A stretch of DNA of 64,000 nucleotides from contig MU058636.1 in assembly GCA_013265495.1 (NCBI GenBank), positions 9,356,239 through 9,420,238 of the forward strand. Reading direction: 5' to 3'. Numbering within the stretch: the stretch's first letter is position 1; each line of letters starts with the position of its first letter. The DNA is from Vicugna vicugna. Taxonomy: Eukaryota. The notes under the pieces were generated by a model. It was not told the origin of the DNA and searched no databases. It saw only the letters and a program-made list of their open reading frames with translations. Position numbers and translations under genes: made by a program. This document shows, piece by piece, positions 36,935 through 52,100 of the stretch.

Positions 36935-37949
36935 CTATTGATCAAAGAGAATTTATTCACAGAGCTTTTCAAATACAAACAAAATAGCACTTTTTAAATT
37001 TTTTTACAAAATGAATATTGGAATAAATGTGGTACAGCACAGTACAATAATGGACAAACGAAAACAAGATTTAATGACTGGAAAAATGTCTCTCGTTACT
37101 CTCAACTTTCATTGAAATCTCTCCTACAATGGACAGAAAGTTGCCCCTTTACTTCATAAGAATATCATAGCAGAAGCTACTCAGAGAAATATTGCATATT
37201 TTTGAATAATATTGAAATACAAAGGCTTAATTCTAATGGTCTGCATAAACACTGAAAACACGTTGAGGGCATAAAGAGTTTATGCAGGATATACAAAATA
37301 CTGATAGAGTGGCTTATTGGCCCATTTATTAGGTTTAATGTATGCTTTATAAAGTGATAATACTGTATTTTAAGTGTGTATTAAAAAGAAGACAGAGGAG
37401 CGATGCACCGTTAAACCTCTCATACAGTCTGTGCGACAATTTCTGTGTTTGTGTATGAGCATGTATGTGGATGCGTATGTCTGCATGTGCTCGTGTGCTT
37501 TCAGAAGTGCCATGACTTACAGGGAACATCTGTGGGTTTCCCTGCTTCCCAACATAATACTGTTTCTACTAGCCCTTATGATTCTCTGAGTCGTCATCCA
37601 AAAAAAAAGAAAAAACAACCCTTGTTTGCATATATATATATTTGTTTTGTGTATGTATGTGTTCTACGTTAACAATACTCCGTGGAACAGAAACATCCAA
37701 CACCCTGCAATAGTTTTAGCCTTTGGTCCATTTTTCTCTATCATTCCATGCCCTACGTTTCTTTCACAGATCTCATACAACCCTTCCACATTGTATAATG
37801 TTTCTGACTCCACTGGGTTTTATTTCATGAGCACAGTATGGTTTAGAACCACTTTTCCACCTTTTTGGAAGTAGCTGGGGGCTTCAGTCCCTCCCAGTCC
37901 CATCGGCCCGTCTTTGTCTTCTCCTTTGTCCGCTCTTGGTGGCTCCGTC
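36935..37949 (-). other. LHFPL6: LHFPL6 3' UTR (end approximate)
   Basis: AT-rich, largely repeat-free stretch after the stop codon, ending near an AATAAA. Confidence 0.7.
36952..36957 (-). terminator. Polyadenylation signal AATAAA, likely distal LHFPL6 site (a second AATAAA at 37325-37330)
   Basis: tttatt on the + strand, ~1 kb past the stop, at the end of the UTR-like tract. Confidence 0.65.
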
Positions 37950-38105
<156 letters not shown>

Positions 38106-38925
38106 TCAGGATGATGTCACAGGAGGCTGTTATTTCTCCCAGGATGTGCGTTCCTGGCGTACCAAAGTGAAACTAGAATATCCATTAGAAATGTGGTGCC
38201 CATGCAACCAGAATGATAGCAAGAGCTGAAAGTTATCTCAAGACAGAAACCTGTTCTCCCCCACCAAGTCTCACTCCTGTGGTGGAAGGAAAGGAGGAAT
38301 GGCAGCAATCAGGACAGGAGAGATGAAGATACGGGATCTGATTTAAATCGCCCAAACTCATATGCATAATGTGGTACCTTAGAAAAAAATTTTAAATATA
38401 GAAACAGTCCTTCTTCAAAGGGGCCACCGTACGGAGAAGATCCGTTTCAAGGAGAATGCTGAAGCAAATACTGCTTTTTACAGGGAATTGAGTGATGACT
38501 CTGGCTGGACTCTTTTGTTCTGAACTGGAGAACAAAAGCTTCCAGGTTCTCCTGAGGTCAACACTCATTATTCCTTCTTCCCAGAAAATTCTCCTCCCAA
38601 ACTGTTAGAGAGCCAGTCCCTTTTCAAATGGCACCCACTTCCAACCTGCCTCATCAAAGTCACTCTGTTCACTCACCTCCCTTTACTGCCTTTGTAGCAT
38701 TTACCATGGTTTGTAAATATTGTGTGTGCATGTGTTTAACTGCAGTCTATCTCACTAGAATGAAAGTTTCACTTAGGGCAGACCTTTGTATATTTTGTTC
38801 TCACTGTAACCCTACAACAGTGCCTGGCTCACAGCAGGACCTCAATAAATAACTGTTGGAATGAAAGGGAAAGTGAAAGAAAAACAGAAAGACAAGAAAC
38901 AAAATAGTCAGACAGCTATTCTTTT

Positions 38926-39970
38926 CAAAATATAGTAAATATGTGGGGCCTAATGAAACTTACAAGCTTCTGCACAGCAAAGGAAACCATTAGTAAAACA
39001 AAAAGACAACCTACGGAATGGGAGAAAAGTTTTGCAAGTGAAACTGACAAAGGCTTGATCTGCAGAATATATAAGCAGCTCATACAACTCAGTAAGAAGA
39101 AAATAAACAACCCAATCTAAAAATGGGCAGAAGACCTAAACAAGCAATTCTCCAAGGAAGACATACAAATGATCAATAGGTACATGAAAAAATGCTCAAT
39201 ATTACTAATTATCAGAGAAATGCAAATCAAAACTACAATGAGGTCTCACTTCACACCAGTCAGAATGGCCATCATTCAAAAGTCCACAAATGACAAATGC
39301 TGGAGAGGCTGTGGAGAAAAGGGAACCCTCCTACACTGCTGGTGGGAATGCAGTTTGGTGCAGCCACTGTGGAAAACAGTATGGAGATTCCTCAAAAGAC
39401 AAGGAATAGACTTACCATATGACCCAGGAATCCTNNNNNNNNNNNNNNNNNNNNNNNNNNNNNNNNNNNNNNNNNNNNNNNNNNNNNNNNNNNNNNNNNN
39501 GTGGTATATTTATACAATGGAATACTATTCAGCCATAAAGACCGACAACATAACGCCATTTGCAGCAACATGGATGCTCCTAGAGAGTGTCATTCTAAGT
39601 GAAGTAAGCCAGAAAGAGAAAGAAAAATACCATATGAGATCACTCATATGTGGAACTAAAATAAATAAATAAATAAATAAATAAATACAAAACAGAAACG
39701 GACTCACAGACATAGAATACAAACTTGTGGTTGCCAAGGGGGTGGGGGGTGGGAAGGGACAGACTGGGATTTCAATATGTAGACTAGATAAACAAGATTA
39801 TACTGTACAGCAGGGAAATATATACAAGATCTTATGGTAGCTCACAGAGAAAAAAATGTGACAATGAATATATATATATATTCATGTATAACTGAAAAAT
39901 TGTGCTCTACACTGGAATTTGACACAACACTGTAAAATGATTATAAATCAATAAAAAATGTTAAAAAAAA
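38926..39970 (+). mobile_element. 5'-truncated L1 in the last LHFPL6 intron (contains N gap 39435-39500)
   Basis: ORF2 C-terminal translation ([18 protein letters not shown]...WYIYTMEYYSAIK), 3' UTR and polyA. Confidence 0.93.
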
Positions 39971-40672
39971 GAGTAACTATCGTATTATTTTGACACAGAT
40001 ATTTAGGAGAGAAGTTCTCACACCGATTACGCATTTACAGCATCACACAGAGTGTGTTAAATTTAAAAGGATAATAGATCGTGAAAGAGCACATCTCTAC
40101 CTCTGGCTACATCTCAGTGGCACAATGACCTCCATTAATAGTGATAGATAGAATCAGTCTTTTTCAAGGGTAACAGAGTCTCCTTCATGGACCAGATTTT
40201 CTGACAACCGTAGGCTAATGTGGCCGTGAGTCTTGAGAGTAATCTCCATTTCAAATTACTCCTTAGCTGGACTAAATAAATCTAAGAGAGAGAAATTAAT
40301 AGGTAGATAAGAGATCGCAGGTGGTTTAGGACCTTTCAAAAGGTCAGCAAAATTTGTGGTCAGTCCTTCCAGCATAAGGCTCATAACACAATCAATTGTA
40401 CATGAATAACAAGGTATTGACCTGCACACAGTTCCATGACCTAACATGAAAGGTGGAGTACAAGATTCTATATTAATTATTGGACACACTCAAGGAAAAG
40501 AAGCTGGTGAGGCTAATTATTTAAGAATAGTGTGTGTGACAGTAGCCATGTGTGTTAACTAAAGAGGAAAAAAGAAACTATGAAAGCATTAACTATCAGA
40601 AATGACAGGAAAGACAGTGTAAAACTTTTTTTTTTTTCCTCCAGTAAAGGCAATGAAACAGCTTAAGTGTAT

Positions 40673-40760
40673 GGGGGGAGGGTATAGCTCAGTGGTAAAG
40701 CGCATGCCTAGTATGCATGAGGTCCTGGGTTCAATCCCCAGCACCTCTGGTAAGTAAATA
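40673..40760 (+). mobile_element. Vic-1-type SINE
   Basis: ggggggagggtatagctcagtggta...gggttcaatcccc. Confidence 0.88.
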
Positions 40761-40789
40761 CGTAATTAGGGGTTCTTAGCTGGCAAGAT

Positions 40790-41235
40790 CGCTGTAGCAG
40801 ATGGTATAGGTGCTCCACCCGATACCTTTGGATGCCTTTTGCTGGCTTTGGGAACCTCATCCAGCAGCTTCTGACTGTACTTTACTCCTAACAAACCCGC
40901 TTCGGGGGACCTGTGAGTAGGGAGCTACTTTGCTCCAACTCTCAGGGAGTTTCAAGTACCCCTGGGGTGACCAGTAGCCAATGCAGGAGTCTCAAAACCT
41001 ATTTTCTCATCTCCAGGTGGGACAAACTCTGCAGTGTCATGAATGTTCCAGAGCCCCCGTGAGTTCAGGTTGAGGCTGGGACCTCACCTGAACCTGCACC
41101 CTTGCCTGGTGTCTACTCTTTCACTACCTTGCTTTCCCACGTCCTTACAGGTTTCTCCTTGGCACATCTCCTTGATCCCTTGAACTTGAATTCTCATCTC
41201 AGTGTCGGCTCTGGGGAACCTGATCTCAGACAGGA
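40790..41235 (+). mobile_element. LTR16-like ERVL LTR
   Basis: gggacaaactctg, tctcagtgtcggctctggggaacc..atctcagaca end. Confidence 0.6.
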
Positions 41236-44200
41236 GCAAATGGTCGAAGTCTTTCTTGCTTTTTACTGTTAATAAGGGTCTGTGAAGTTTCTTCCCTTGT
41301 CAGAGGCATAACCCACCCACTCACCTACCCACCCAAGCGCTGTCATCCCCTGAAAGACCCAGAACCAGGAGAGCACCTCCAGTATCCACTGTCTCACCCT
41401 CTGCCTGCACCACCGTCTTCCTGGGGCAAATCCAACTCCTTACGTTGGTAAGTATGTATGGGTCGTTTCTAACAATTGTTACGTTTCTGGAGCCTCTCTG
41501 ATTTGTGCATTAAACACGAAGTCAACTCATCAGAAAAACTGTCTATCAGATGAAAATGGAAAGGGAGGACACCAAATAAAAAGTGCACTGTAGTAGAAAA
41601 TGTTTGAGGAAGTTACACAATATCACCACAAATTCCACACATGGGCTAGTTTATGTGTGTGATTTATACATTTTATGGTGTAAACTTAGCAACTGGCTAA
41701 GATCCAAAATGAGTTACTAATGTTCAGTGTGATTTAAAAGAAAATTATTCTCCTATTTCACATATGAAGACTTTCATTTGCTAAGTAATTCATAAAGTAA
41801 ATAATTAACTCAATATGGATTTATTCTGGTATTTTGGAGGACATAGAAATATAGCCAGTTCATCAATCTAAACTCAAAAAACTGTTGTAGAACATACACC
41901 ACAAACACACACACACACACATTTTTTGAAAAGCAAGAAATGGTCAAGATGGGTGTATTAAGATCAAGACGTGTCAATAAGATTTTGGCAAATCTAAAGA
42001 GACATCCCCTCATCCATCCCCTCATCTTGATTCCCTTCTTCCCACCCTCTCTCCCTCCCTCTCTCCATCAATTCATTAATTCAACAAACATTTATTAAGT
42101 GCCTACTCTGACTAGGAATTACTGGATCCTAGGGAGCTCCTTTGGGGAAAGATACAGTCCTTGCTATCAGGGAGCTGATGTCCAGTCAAGGGAGTAAGGA
42201 TTAAACAATAATTACTCAGATAATTATATAATGATAATTGTGATTTGTGCTTTGAAGAAAAAAAAAATCCAGGATGCTAAGGCACCAGATCACAAGGAAT
42301 TTTATACTCAGCGGTCAATGAAGGAGAGTCTTAAATTAGAAGTGAAATTTAAGCTGAGACGTGGTAGGTGAGCAGAAGGTAGCCAAGCGTGAATGTGGGA
42401 GGCCAGGGAAGGGTTACTCGCTCCAGGGGGATGGGAAATGCAATGGAGAAATGTAGATTTAGGTCTTATTAAAGTACTGTTGTAACAGATGGATGCCGCT
42501 GTGGGTGTAAGGGAGTGATGGAGTTGGGTGTGACCACCTTCAGAGTTTGAGAGCGAGAAGCCTGAAAACTTCCTTCTCAGAATGTCCGTCTACACTGGTG
42601 TGTTGAAATGTGAGATAGTTAAAATTCAGTAAATCTTGAGCACCGACTCTATGTGTTGCAATATTCCAGGAGCTGGAGACCCAGGAGTGAGCAGGACAGA
42701 CGGCATCTTTGGTCTCACGAAGCTTAAGTTCTAGTAAGACTGATCTTGAGTGTCACTCACATCGGTTGCAATATTTTGAAACCATTCCTTGCATGTTTTA
42801 CAGGCATGTTTTGTAGAAATTCAGTTGAATGAAATTAACTAGATATATAAGGGATTTTTTTCATGAAACTATACATGTAAATGTACCCTGAACTTCTCCA
42901 AGGGAAAAGTAGGGTATTTTTTCTCTCTGAGCATGATTCCTTCCATGGTTAAAACCCACATGCTCAATAATAAGAAATTAGCACCGTGTTTTACAGTAAT
43001 AGGAGAAAAAGTCTTTTCGAGGACACTAGGCTATTAAGAAAGAGCAGATGTTTAAGTTTATACGTTTTAAAAGGCACACCGCAGCCCAGGAGTAGTAACA
43101 GAACCGAATGAAACCAGGAAATGGGGAATCACTCTTCCCGGGCCTCTCTCTTCCCCTGTCCAGGCAATAAATTCCTGTTATTACAATGCAAACAGAAAGC
43201 ATTTTACTAGAGGACAAGTTTTGTCTGTGATCCTTTCAGGAAATTAGAGAAGAAAATCTGTTTAAACTTCGCCTTTTGCTCTCTGCATTGCTGCATCAGA
43301 CAGGACTCCAAGCGTCCTTGTTGGCAAACTGCTGCTTTCCACAATGGGGAATGCTATTCTTGACAGATAAAAGAGGGTAATGGAACAGAAAGCAGCAAAC
43401 CACAGCGAACCACCTGCAAAATCAATGGGAAAAGATGTTGTGGCTGCATTCCAGGGCAGCCCCAGAGAGGAGATGGGTGGGAGAGGTGTGGCTGATTTTT
43501 CAGGGTGGCTCAAATTCGTTTTTACTTGCGTCTTTCTTCTGTTAGTAATAAAGACAGAAGAAAAGGTACAAAGAACACGGCCTTACTACGAATAACAGTG
43601 AGATTCCAGAGATCAGTTCATCTTTTGAGGACGTCACATTCATTCCTTCATTTGTTTGATTAACGTTTCAGAGCTTACCACATGATTGCCTGTCTCACTC
43701 CTGTATCGCAATGCTCAGTACGATGCCTGGACCGCAGCAGACAACCGACACATGTTTGTGGCATGCATGGAAACCAGACACTAGGGCTGAGAATAGAGAT
43801 CTGAAATGAACAGTTCTATACTAGCTGTCATGGGCAGACCGTGAGCCAGGTGCTACACAGTCTAGACGTGGCATCTCATTTAACCATTTTTGCCTGTGAC
43901 ACTTACAGGAGGTCAGTGAAGCAAATCTGCTGATACTTTCCCAACATCATTCTCATCTTGAAGATGAACACATTGAGTTACGTACAAGATAAGCCGCTTG
44001 CCCAGTATCTCAAATAAATGGTGACGCTTGAACTCGATTGGATCACATTGATTCCAGAACTTTTTCCTGTGCTCAGATAGGGGGTTACCAGAAAGTATCC
44101 ATCTGAGGTTCCACACCTGCACAGCTCAAATTCATGAAAGGGCGGGACACCCAGAAGAGTAGCTGGACTTAACACTTACTGCACACGAACTGTATGTCAG

Positions 44201-44828
44201 GGGAGAAGAGACATTACTGTTTATTGTTATTGCCATTACTATTATTATTAATACTTTCTGAAATCCTACTAAGTTCTACTATCAGAGTGTAGATTGGGAC
44301 GGCAAGCTTTTTTCTTTTTCTTTTTTTTTCATTTGAGCATCTGGAGATTTTAAATGCTACTTTGCATTTGTTATTTTTTGCAAATGGACAACCATGAAGC
44401 AAAAATAAAGTCCAAGACCAACACCACCCAATATGAGAAAAATAAATAAATCCCATCTCTTTCATGTATATTTTTATGCTTAAAACTTATCAATCTGTGG
44501 ATTAAAATATGGTATCAATGTTAATTTCCTCATTTTGGTAATTGTACTGCTGTGCAAAATGATACTATTTTAAGGACTTATTCACTTAAGTGTTAGCGTT
44601 GGAGGGGCACCCCATCTCGGAGAGAATGGAGCAGGACAGAGGGGGAGAATGACAAGCAAATACGATGACACTGAACATGAAGGGAATCTGGGTGAAGAGT
44701 TTATGAGAATTTTTTGTACTCTTTTTGCAACTTTTCTACAAATCTGAAGTCATTTCAAGACCAAAATGAAAAAATATGAACATTTATATATAGGTATATA
44801 CACAAATAGATACTTAGATACACATATA

Positions 44829-45288
44829 CAGATGGTCCCTGACTTATGATGGCTTGACTCACAGTTTTATGACTTTATAATGGTGTGAAAGCAATACACA
44901 TTCACTAGAAACCATAACTGTAATTCTGAATTTCAGCTTTTCTGGGGCCAACGATGTGCAATCTGATCCTCTCTTGTGATGCTGGACAATGAGCAGCAGC
45001 TCTGAGTCAGCCAGGCAGTCACGGGGGTGAACACTTAAAACCGTTCTGTTTTACACTTTCAGGACAGTATTCGATAAAGTTCATGTGATACTCAACACTT
45101 CATTATTTTAAAAAAGGCTTTGTGTTAGATGACTTTTGGGCAACTGTAGGCTAATCTAAGTGTTCTGAGCACATTAAAGCAGGCCAGGTTAAGCTATGAT
45201 GTTAGGCAGGTCAGATGCAGTAAATGCATTTTCAGCTTACAATGGCTTTACTGGGATGTAACCCCATCATAAGCTGAGGAGGATCTGC
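44829..45288. mobile_element. Tigger4/MER46-like DNA transposon
   Basis: Termini cagatggtccctgacttatgat ... cataagctgaggaggatctg form imperfect inverted repeats with TA-like flanks. Confidence 0.75.
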
Positions 45289-45904
45289 ATATAAAACCAG
45301 TGGGACACTTTTATACTTGTAAGTACAAAGAGCAGTGCTTGGTAAAACATGGCATGCAAAATGAGAAATGTGCATAATGAAAATTATTGTGTATTTTCCT
45401 CATGAAAATATTCATTCACCCCCTTCAACTCCATTTACACATGTTGCCCTGCTGAACTTAGCACACAGCAGAATGACCAAGGAGGTCCCTGCCTTCTGGC
45501 CCCATCCCAGCTAACACAAAACCTACCCTCTCCCAGCCAACCACAGCCAACCACAGCCGATCAAGCCAACCACAGCCAATCATGCCAATCCCAGCCAATG
45601 AAACAAACAGCCGGCTGATATAATCCCACCTTAATAAAGTGGACAGCATTAATCATGAAATACTGTGAAACAGTAAGTGAGGGGGATATGCGTGCAGGAC
45701 ACGGGCACCCAGGTGGGCAGGAAGCTGAGCAGGGGCTCTGTCTTCTCTAGGACGTATGGAGACCAAAGAAGCACATGGGCACAGGGGACCCATTTTCTTC
45801 CTCAAAACATTCCTCGGGCCGGCAAGATGGAGTTAAATTCTCCACGTGGGAACCAGCATTTCCCATTGAAGGAAAGGGGTTTTTCCAACTGACACAGAGA
45901 AGGA

Positions 45905-46180
45905 TTTCTACTTACGGGACGTACCTAGAATAGGCAAATTCATAGGTGCAGAAAGCTGAGTCGTGGTTACCAAGGGCTGGGGGAGGGAATAAGGGAGAGT
46001 TACTGTTTAACAGGTATACATACTATTTGGCATAATGAAAAAGCCCTGGAAATAGACAAGTGGTGATGGCCGCACAACACTGTGAATGTACTTAATGCCA
46101 CTGAATTGTATTGTATACTTAAAAGCGATCAAAATGGTAAATGTTATGTTATATGTATTTTACCACAATTTAACAAAAAA
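45905..46180 (+). mobile_element. L1MB-type 3' UTR fragment
   Basis: tgtgaatgtacttaatgccactgaattgta...ttttaccacaat. Confidence 0.8.
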
Positions 46181-49100
46181 GGAGCAGTGTTATGTGGGGT
46201 AGAGAACAGAGCAGAGAGGGGTCAATCAGAGAAATTGGAAGAAAGATCTAAGAACTGGACGTCCAGGTGAGTTTGCTGGGTGTGGCTTCGCGGGAACCAA
46301 TGCTTCTGCACGTCCTCCCACACCTGGGCTCCGGGGTTCCCCTGGTGGGACCACAAAAAAACCTGCTCATTGTTTCCCCTTCACATCAGATACATCCAGA
46401 GCCCTTCCTCCTAGATCCGCCCAGGGTCCTTCCTTCTAAACTCTACATTGAATCAGGACCCTGTATCATCCCATCCTGAAATCCCCATCAGAATCACATA
46501 ACCATGAAAACAGTAAGAGGCCTTGCCTACATCGCATTCCCGCAAAACAAAGGAATAGCAAGAGAAATGAAAATACCCGAGTGCCTTCGGAAAAGTAATT
46601 GAATTTCAGCTCAAGGGTCAGAAGAGGCGGGTGAGTGGAGCAGCATCTGAATTCTCATGACCACACCAATCAGACTGCTCGCTGTTCCCCGGCCCAGTGA
46701 GTAGTTTTGTTACTACACACGTTTGCACGATTTGCCTGTACAAATGGTTTAGGCTTTGTCCTGCTTGACCGGCCGAGTCTCTGCTGGCGCAGTTGTTATG
46801 AGTTCTTGCTCCTGAGCACCGGAATTCATCCTAGAAGTTTCACGGGAGATAACGCCACTCTTACGATGACAAGGCTCACACTGGCTCTACACACAGAATG
46901 TCTGCGACGGCCTTTGTGCTCACACTGTGAACTGACACGGAATCCCATCTCCCCAGGGCCGGATGGCTGAGATCACCAGCGGGGCCTCATTCAGGGCATG
47001 ATGATAAAGATTATCCTTTGGTTTCTGTCTAAAGCTGCTATTTATAACGGCTGGAACTACCTGAAATTCGGCTCCTTTGACTCATGGACGGCCCCAAAGA
47101 GAGCCTGAAAGGACCCAAGCTGTCTCTAATTGCTGCTTCCCAGCATGGCCTGTGGCTGCTGCCAATTTTCCAACAATCCCACGTGAAGAGGCACTGCTTT
47201 CCATCCTGATGGCATTTTATCTGCCCTCCCCATTTGTACCTGTGACACTCTCACGGGCACGGAGCCTGTGAATATAGCCTCTGTAGCCGGTGGAACGGAA
47301 ATGCACGGCACAAGGGCTGCTTTGATCTTGGTTAGCTGCCCTCCGTCCAAGAGGTTTCCTTAATGACCCCCTCCTTGCTTGTAAGGTAGCTCTTGGGGAC
47401 AGACTTTATCCAATTTGGTCAAGCACAACCTTGAGACTCTGGTAAATTACAACACCCGCTGGAGGAATGGGAGTGATGGTGAGATGGAGCGACTCTCCGA
47501 CAACCTCACTGCCAAGTTACAAATGAAAACAAGTCTCAGATCAAATTGTCCTGCACATACGGACACTTACTAAATGAAATTATCCAAAAGCAGGAACAAA
47601 ACAGCTCACCAACCTGTTCTGGGAGCTAGTTGAGTCCTAGCCCTATTGTTTTAGGTGTGCGGACTACCATCTTGCATAAAAGAACCCCTGAAGGCAGGTG
47701 TAGCAAGGTTCCAGGGAAGGATGCCGCTCCCTCTGGCAACAAATAACCCCAAGTCCTCTGAACTGAAGACTAGAACTGGAGCCCTTAGGGATGACCAGGC
47801 GTCGGCCACCATTCCTAAGGAGAGAATGGGTGCGGCCGGAATGCTGCAGTAAAGCTGATCTCGTTGTTAAAAATACTAAAATACATTCCCCTGGGTAAAC
47901 AGCCACTGCCCCAAGTTTTTCAAATGCCTCACGGTCCCTTCCCTCCTCTGAGAACCCCAGGAAATCCTCGCCTCACGTCTCAGAAATCAAAAAGCTAGTG
48001 CCTGGCCGGGCAGGGCCCCTTGGGAGCCTGCCCCGGCCCTTTGGCCAGCATTTGCTTTAATTTCGATTGGTTATTAAATGTTTTAACTGTCTTTCAGACG
48101 TACAATAACGGCTCTATACTGGGATGGTTGTTTAAACCCTTTCATGCAAGGATAGGGAGCACCTCTAACTCTTTTAGCCTATCCACAATCTTGAATACCT
48201 TTCATTTCACCAAGGAGAGGCCATTTCTAGCATTTATCATGCTCATTTTAATGACACCCATTCCACCATGAAGAGTCCGTTTCTGACCATTGCTACGCTC
48301 ACGGTGAGGCTTCTGGGGTCAGTTGGCATACGGGTAACAGAACACTGGTACCAGCAGCCTTGAGCTTCCACTCTGGAGCCTGCGCCTGAGCTGTGACTCC
48401 CTGTGTAACTCACACCACCCTCTCACTCTGTCAACCCTTTGAAGGACCGGAGATTTTCCTTTACTTGCAAGGTAGCAAGTTAGCCTGCCACACCTCCAGG
48501 GATGCTGGCAAAAGCTAGGAGACTCCTGGGTCAGAGACAGGACTATACCGCTGACAGCACCGCAACCAGCATGAGCTTCACGTCTGAATCCAGCCTTTTG
48601 TGTCCCGCATCCCACAGAGGATGACTCGGTAAACTCGGTAAGTTTGCCATCACCGTCGAGGAACCCCAAGCTTAGGGGACCTTCAGTTTTTATTATAGGC
48701 TGCAGGCAAATCCACCCAAACTTTGCCCCAGAGGAAGACATTATTATAGAAAACAAGAAATCACACCTGTCCTCTGCTCCAGTAGGATTCATTATCTTCC
48801 AAGGCTGTTCACAACACAAACATCTTTGAATAGACAGTTTGGATCAAAAACTCCCCAGACATAGGACGGCCTCCCAAAAGCAGCGGTAATGAACTTGGTT
48901 AGGGTTCTAAGTGGAAACACACTGAATTCCCTTGGAAGGGTGAACGCTCATTTTCACGGATACGATTTCAAATTAGAAGTGGTGTATGGGAGTATTTATT
49001 TGCAATAATGCCTATTGGAAGCAGAGATGTTTCTCCCTATAACCTTCCTCTGCAAATGCTTTCATAGATAATGAAATCAAGTCAAAGGAGTTCAATGGCT

Positions 49101-52100
49101 CCCCAGCCTCCTGCGGAGATCTGAGGACTGCTGGGAGACTAGTTCAGATTTCTAAGCTTTCCAACGTCAGACTTCCAAGTGCTGCTTACCAGAGGCTCCG
49201 AGTCTTCACTCGTCAGGAATCCATTTGAATAATCAACAAATGAATAAATAATGAATAAAATGAATACTATGAATACTCTCTCCCCAGAAAACACAAATGC
49301 ACAAGCATATAAAATTTGCACACAATATCAGTGGGGTCACAAATGGCCTTTGCTGAAGCCTACTGATGGACTCTGGGCTTCCTGAATAGTCTGGAGACCT
49401 CAAGTTAAAACTCACCCCTAGAACAAAGGTGACTATAACATTGAACTCGTTTACCAGTGTCACCAAAACACCCAGTTGCTAACCTAAGTAGCTTACGTAT
49501 CCGGATATCACATAGCTGACATCCTCAGTAATCTAAGGCATGACCCCAAATTGAGAGGTCAAAAAAAAAAAAAAGAAAAGAAAAAAGAAAAACCTGCCCA
49601 GAACATAGAAAAATCAGTGCTTCAAAGATACACCCTGCAGAGAAACAGAGCTGGACTGTGTTTTTTAAAGCATGATTCTAAGGTGATTTATGATGACTCG
49701 ATTAGAAAGGACACAGATTAGATATGAAGGAATAAGGAGAGAAAGGGGCAATTAATAACTGCAACGAATAATCTCTGACAGGCTGACACAAAACAACTAC
49801 ATAAAAGCAAAAAGAATTCAAAGTTTGTCAGCCTTGGTTATTTAGTGAAAGGGCAAATCACCCTACAAAGGCCCATGGTGCTCAGGAATGGCTCCTTTCG
49901 ACAGCATAACCACTGATGATTCTTTTTAAAAAGGCTTAATTATGTTTTTTGTATGTTTTATATATTCTGGCTGAGATGACAGAAAAGTAGGTGATAAGCC
50001 TCAAACTTTTTCAACATGATTAAAACAGGTGATGCGCTGGTGTTTAAGGCAGAAAGGAGGAACTGAAATTTAACTGTACGTCTTCCTTGTGCAAAGTGCC
50101 TTCTACTATCACCTTTAATCCTTTTAACAGCCAAGTGAAGGAGGTACAGTTATCCTCTTTAGAGACTGAAGAACTGAAGTTCTGAGAGCTTAAATATCTC
50201 GCCCAGAATCACAGCTATCACTGAAACTGAGATGCAAATCCAGACCACGGTTTCTCCTTTAAGGGGAAAATTCATTTATCTGGAATAATTCACTCATATG
50301 GAATTTTCTGACAAGATCTGATCAATGAGTTTTACTCTACACATTCTCTGCATTAATTAGTCTTTGCTAGCATTCTACCAGGTTAAAAATCAGGTGAAAA
50401 GTCAGATCATCTCTTTGATTACTTTGTTGTATTTTTGGTTTTATTCTAAAAACACTTTCGAAGGGTTATTAATCAGTAATGCTCAGCAACGGCCATTTTA
50501 TAACAAGAAGACCTGTTAAGAGGTCTATCTTCTATCTTCTATTTCAAAAATACACAGGAAAGTCACTAGCACATGAGTTAGCACACTAAGATGAATTCCC
50601 AATTCTGGGGCAGACATATTTCACCCAAGGTTAAGGACTATAATATCTAAACAAGGTCCTACTGCATAGCACAGGGAACTATATTCAATAACCTATAATA
50701 ATCTGTAATGAAAAAGAACATGAAAAAGAATATACATATATATATATATAAAACACTATGTTGTACACCAGAAACTAACACAACATTGTAAATCAACTAT
50801 ACTTCAATTAAAGAAAGAATCATAATATCGATATTTGAAGGAACTCTAATGTTCATACAGACAAATCTCCCAACAATAGTAGTGAAACATCTTTCCTCAG
50901 TGTTACTATTCTGAACCAGCAGATAATCAGGTAAGAGGATGGTCTATGATAAAGCTGCGAGAAATCTCTTAACTGTAACCTCCTTGAGGGCAGGGGGCTG
51001 GGAGGAGACTTCCCAAGGGGCTGTACTACATTACCAGGGGGACTTAGCAGCTTAGGATGATGGCGGTTAGGCAGGAGAGTCGATTCTTCTCCTTATTAAT
51101 AGATTATCCCCAAATTCTTAACTACCAGAAAGTTTTAATAAAATCTAAGTATTTACTGAAGGTGATGGTCATAGAACCAATCTGTCTTAACTGCTCTTTC
51201 TTTCCCATGGTCATTGTTGATATAGTCAATTGAACGAAGTTCATCCCTGAGAAAGGATCTAAAACATCAAAAACAGTTAAATTTAAAATTCGTATGTTTC
51301 TATACCCAGATTAACACGCAAGTGGAAACATACTAGGAAATAGGAGAGAACATATTATACAAAAGAATGATTAGAAAGAACCGGTTCAATTTCCTAAATT
51401 TCCTTAAGTAAACTATATCGAAAAAGGCACACCACTCAGATATATTTATTTTTTTTGTTTTTATAAAAGGACAACATTGAAAAACAATTGGAAGAATCTT
51501 TAAAGAAAGACTAACATATTCTTCCCAATAGTTTGGTGGCCGTATCTGAAGAAATATAACCTCCACAGGTTTTCTAAGCGCAGTTCCCTTTTCCTGCAAT
51601 CACTGAGTTCCACTGCTGCAAATCACTGCGAGTCACTGAATTAGGTTTTCAAAAGACACGGATACAACGGTAGGAATGATCCTACTCTGAAATAACCAAA
51701 CCGAAAAAGACTTTAGGAAAGAAAGAGCAATTTCTTTCTTTCTTTCTTTTTTTTTTCATCTACCAAGGCATTTGGTTCTTTAAACTATGACCCTGAACTT
51801 GATTACTTTCTGGGAGATGGTTATTTAAGCCATTTAGACCCTTGGAGAGTGATACCATGATTCACATCAGGGTATCGGCGGCCAAGTAAATACAGAAACA
51901 TGATGGCAGTCGCCTTGTTAGCGGTCAGAAATGAGCAATAGGGTTTCTTCCTTTTTATCTTCTCTCTTCCTTCTCTCTCAGCCTCCCTCCCTCCCTCCTT
52001 CTTTTAACCGTTCAGTAGATGGCAGAGATGTGACATGCAGGTAAGGATCCTATCTAATTCATAATTGTATTCTAAGTATGTGGCCCAATTTTTGGTACCT

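Noticed and set aside
39169..39672. 167-aa ORF
   Set aside because: L1 ORF2 C-terminal fragment spanning an N gap; not a host gene.
40673..40745. tRNA-like A/B box sequences here and at 16146, 18222 and 58303
   Set aside because: Multi-copy, with AT-rich tails and no proper acceptor stem: SINEs, not tRNA genes.
48319..48819. 166-aa minus-strand ORF in the LHFPL6 intron
   Set aside because: No recognisable domain or convincing splice sites; likely chance.
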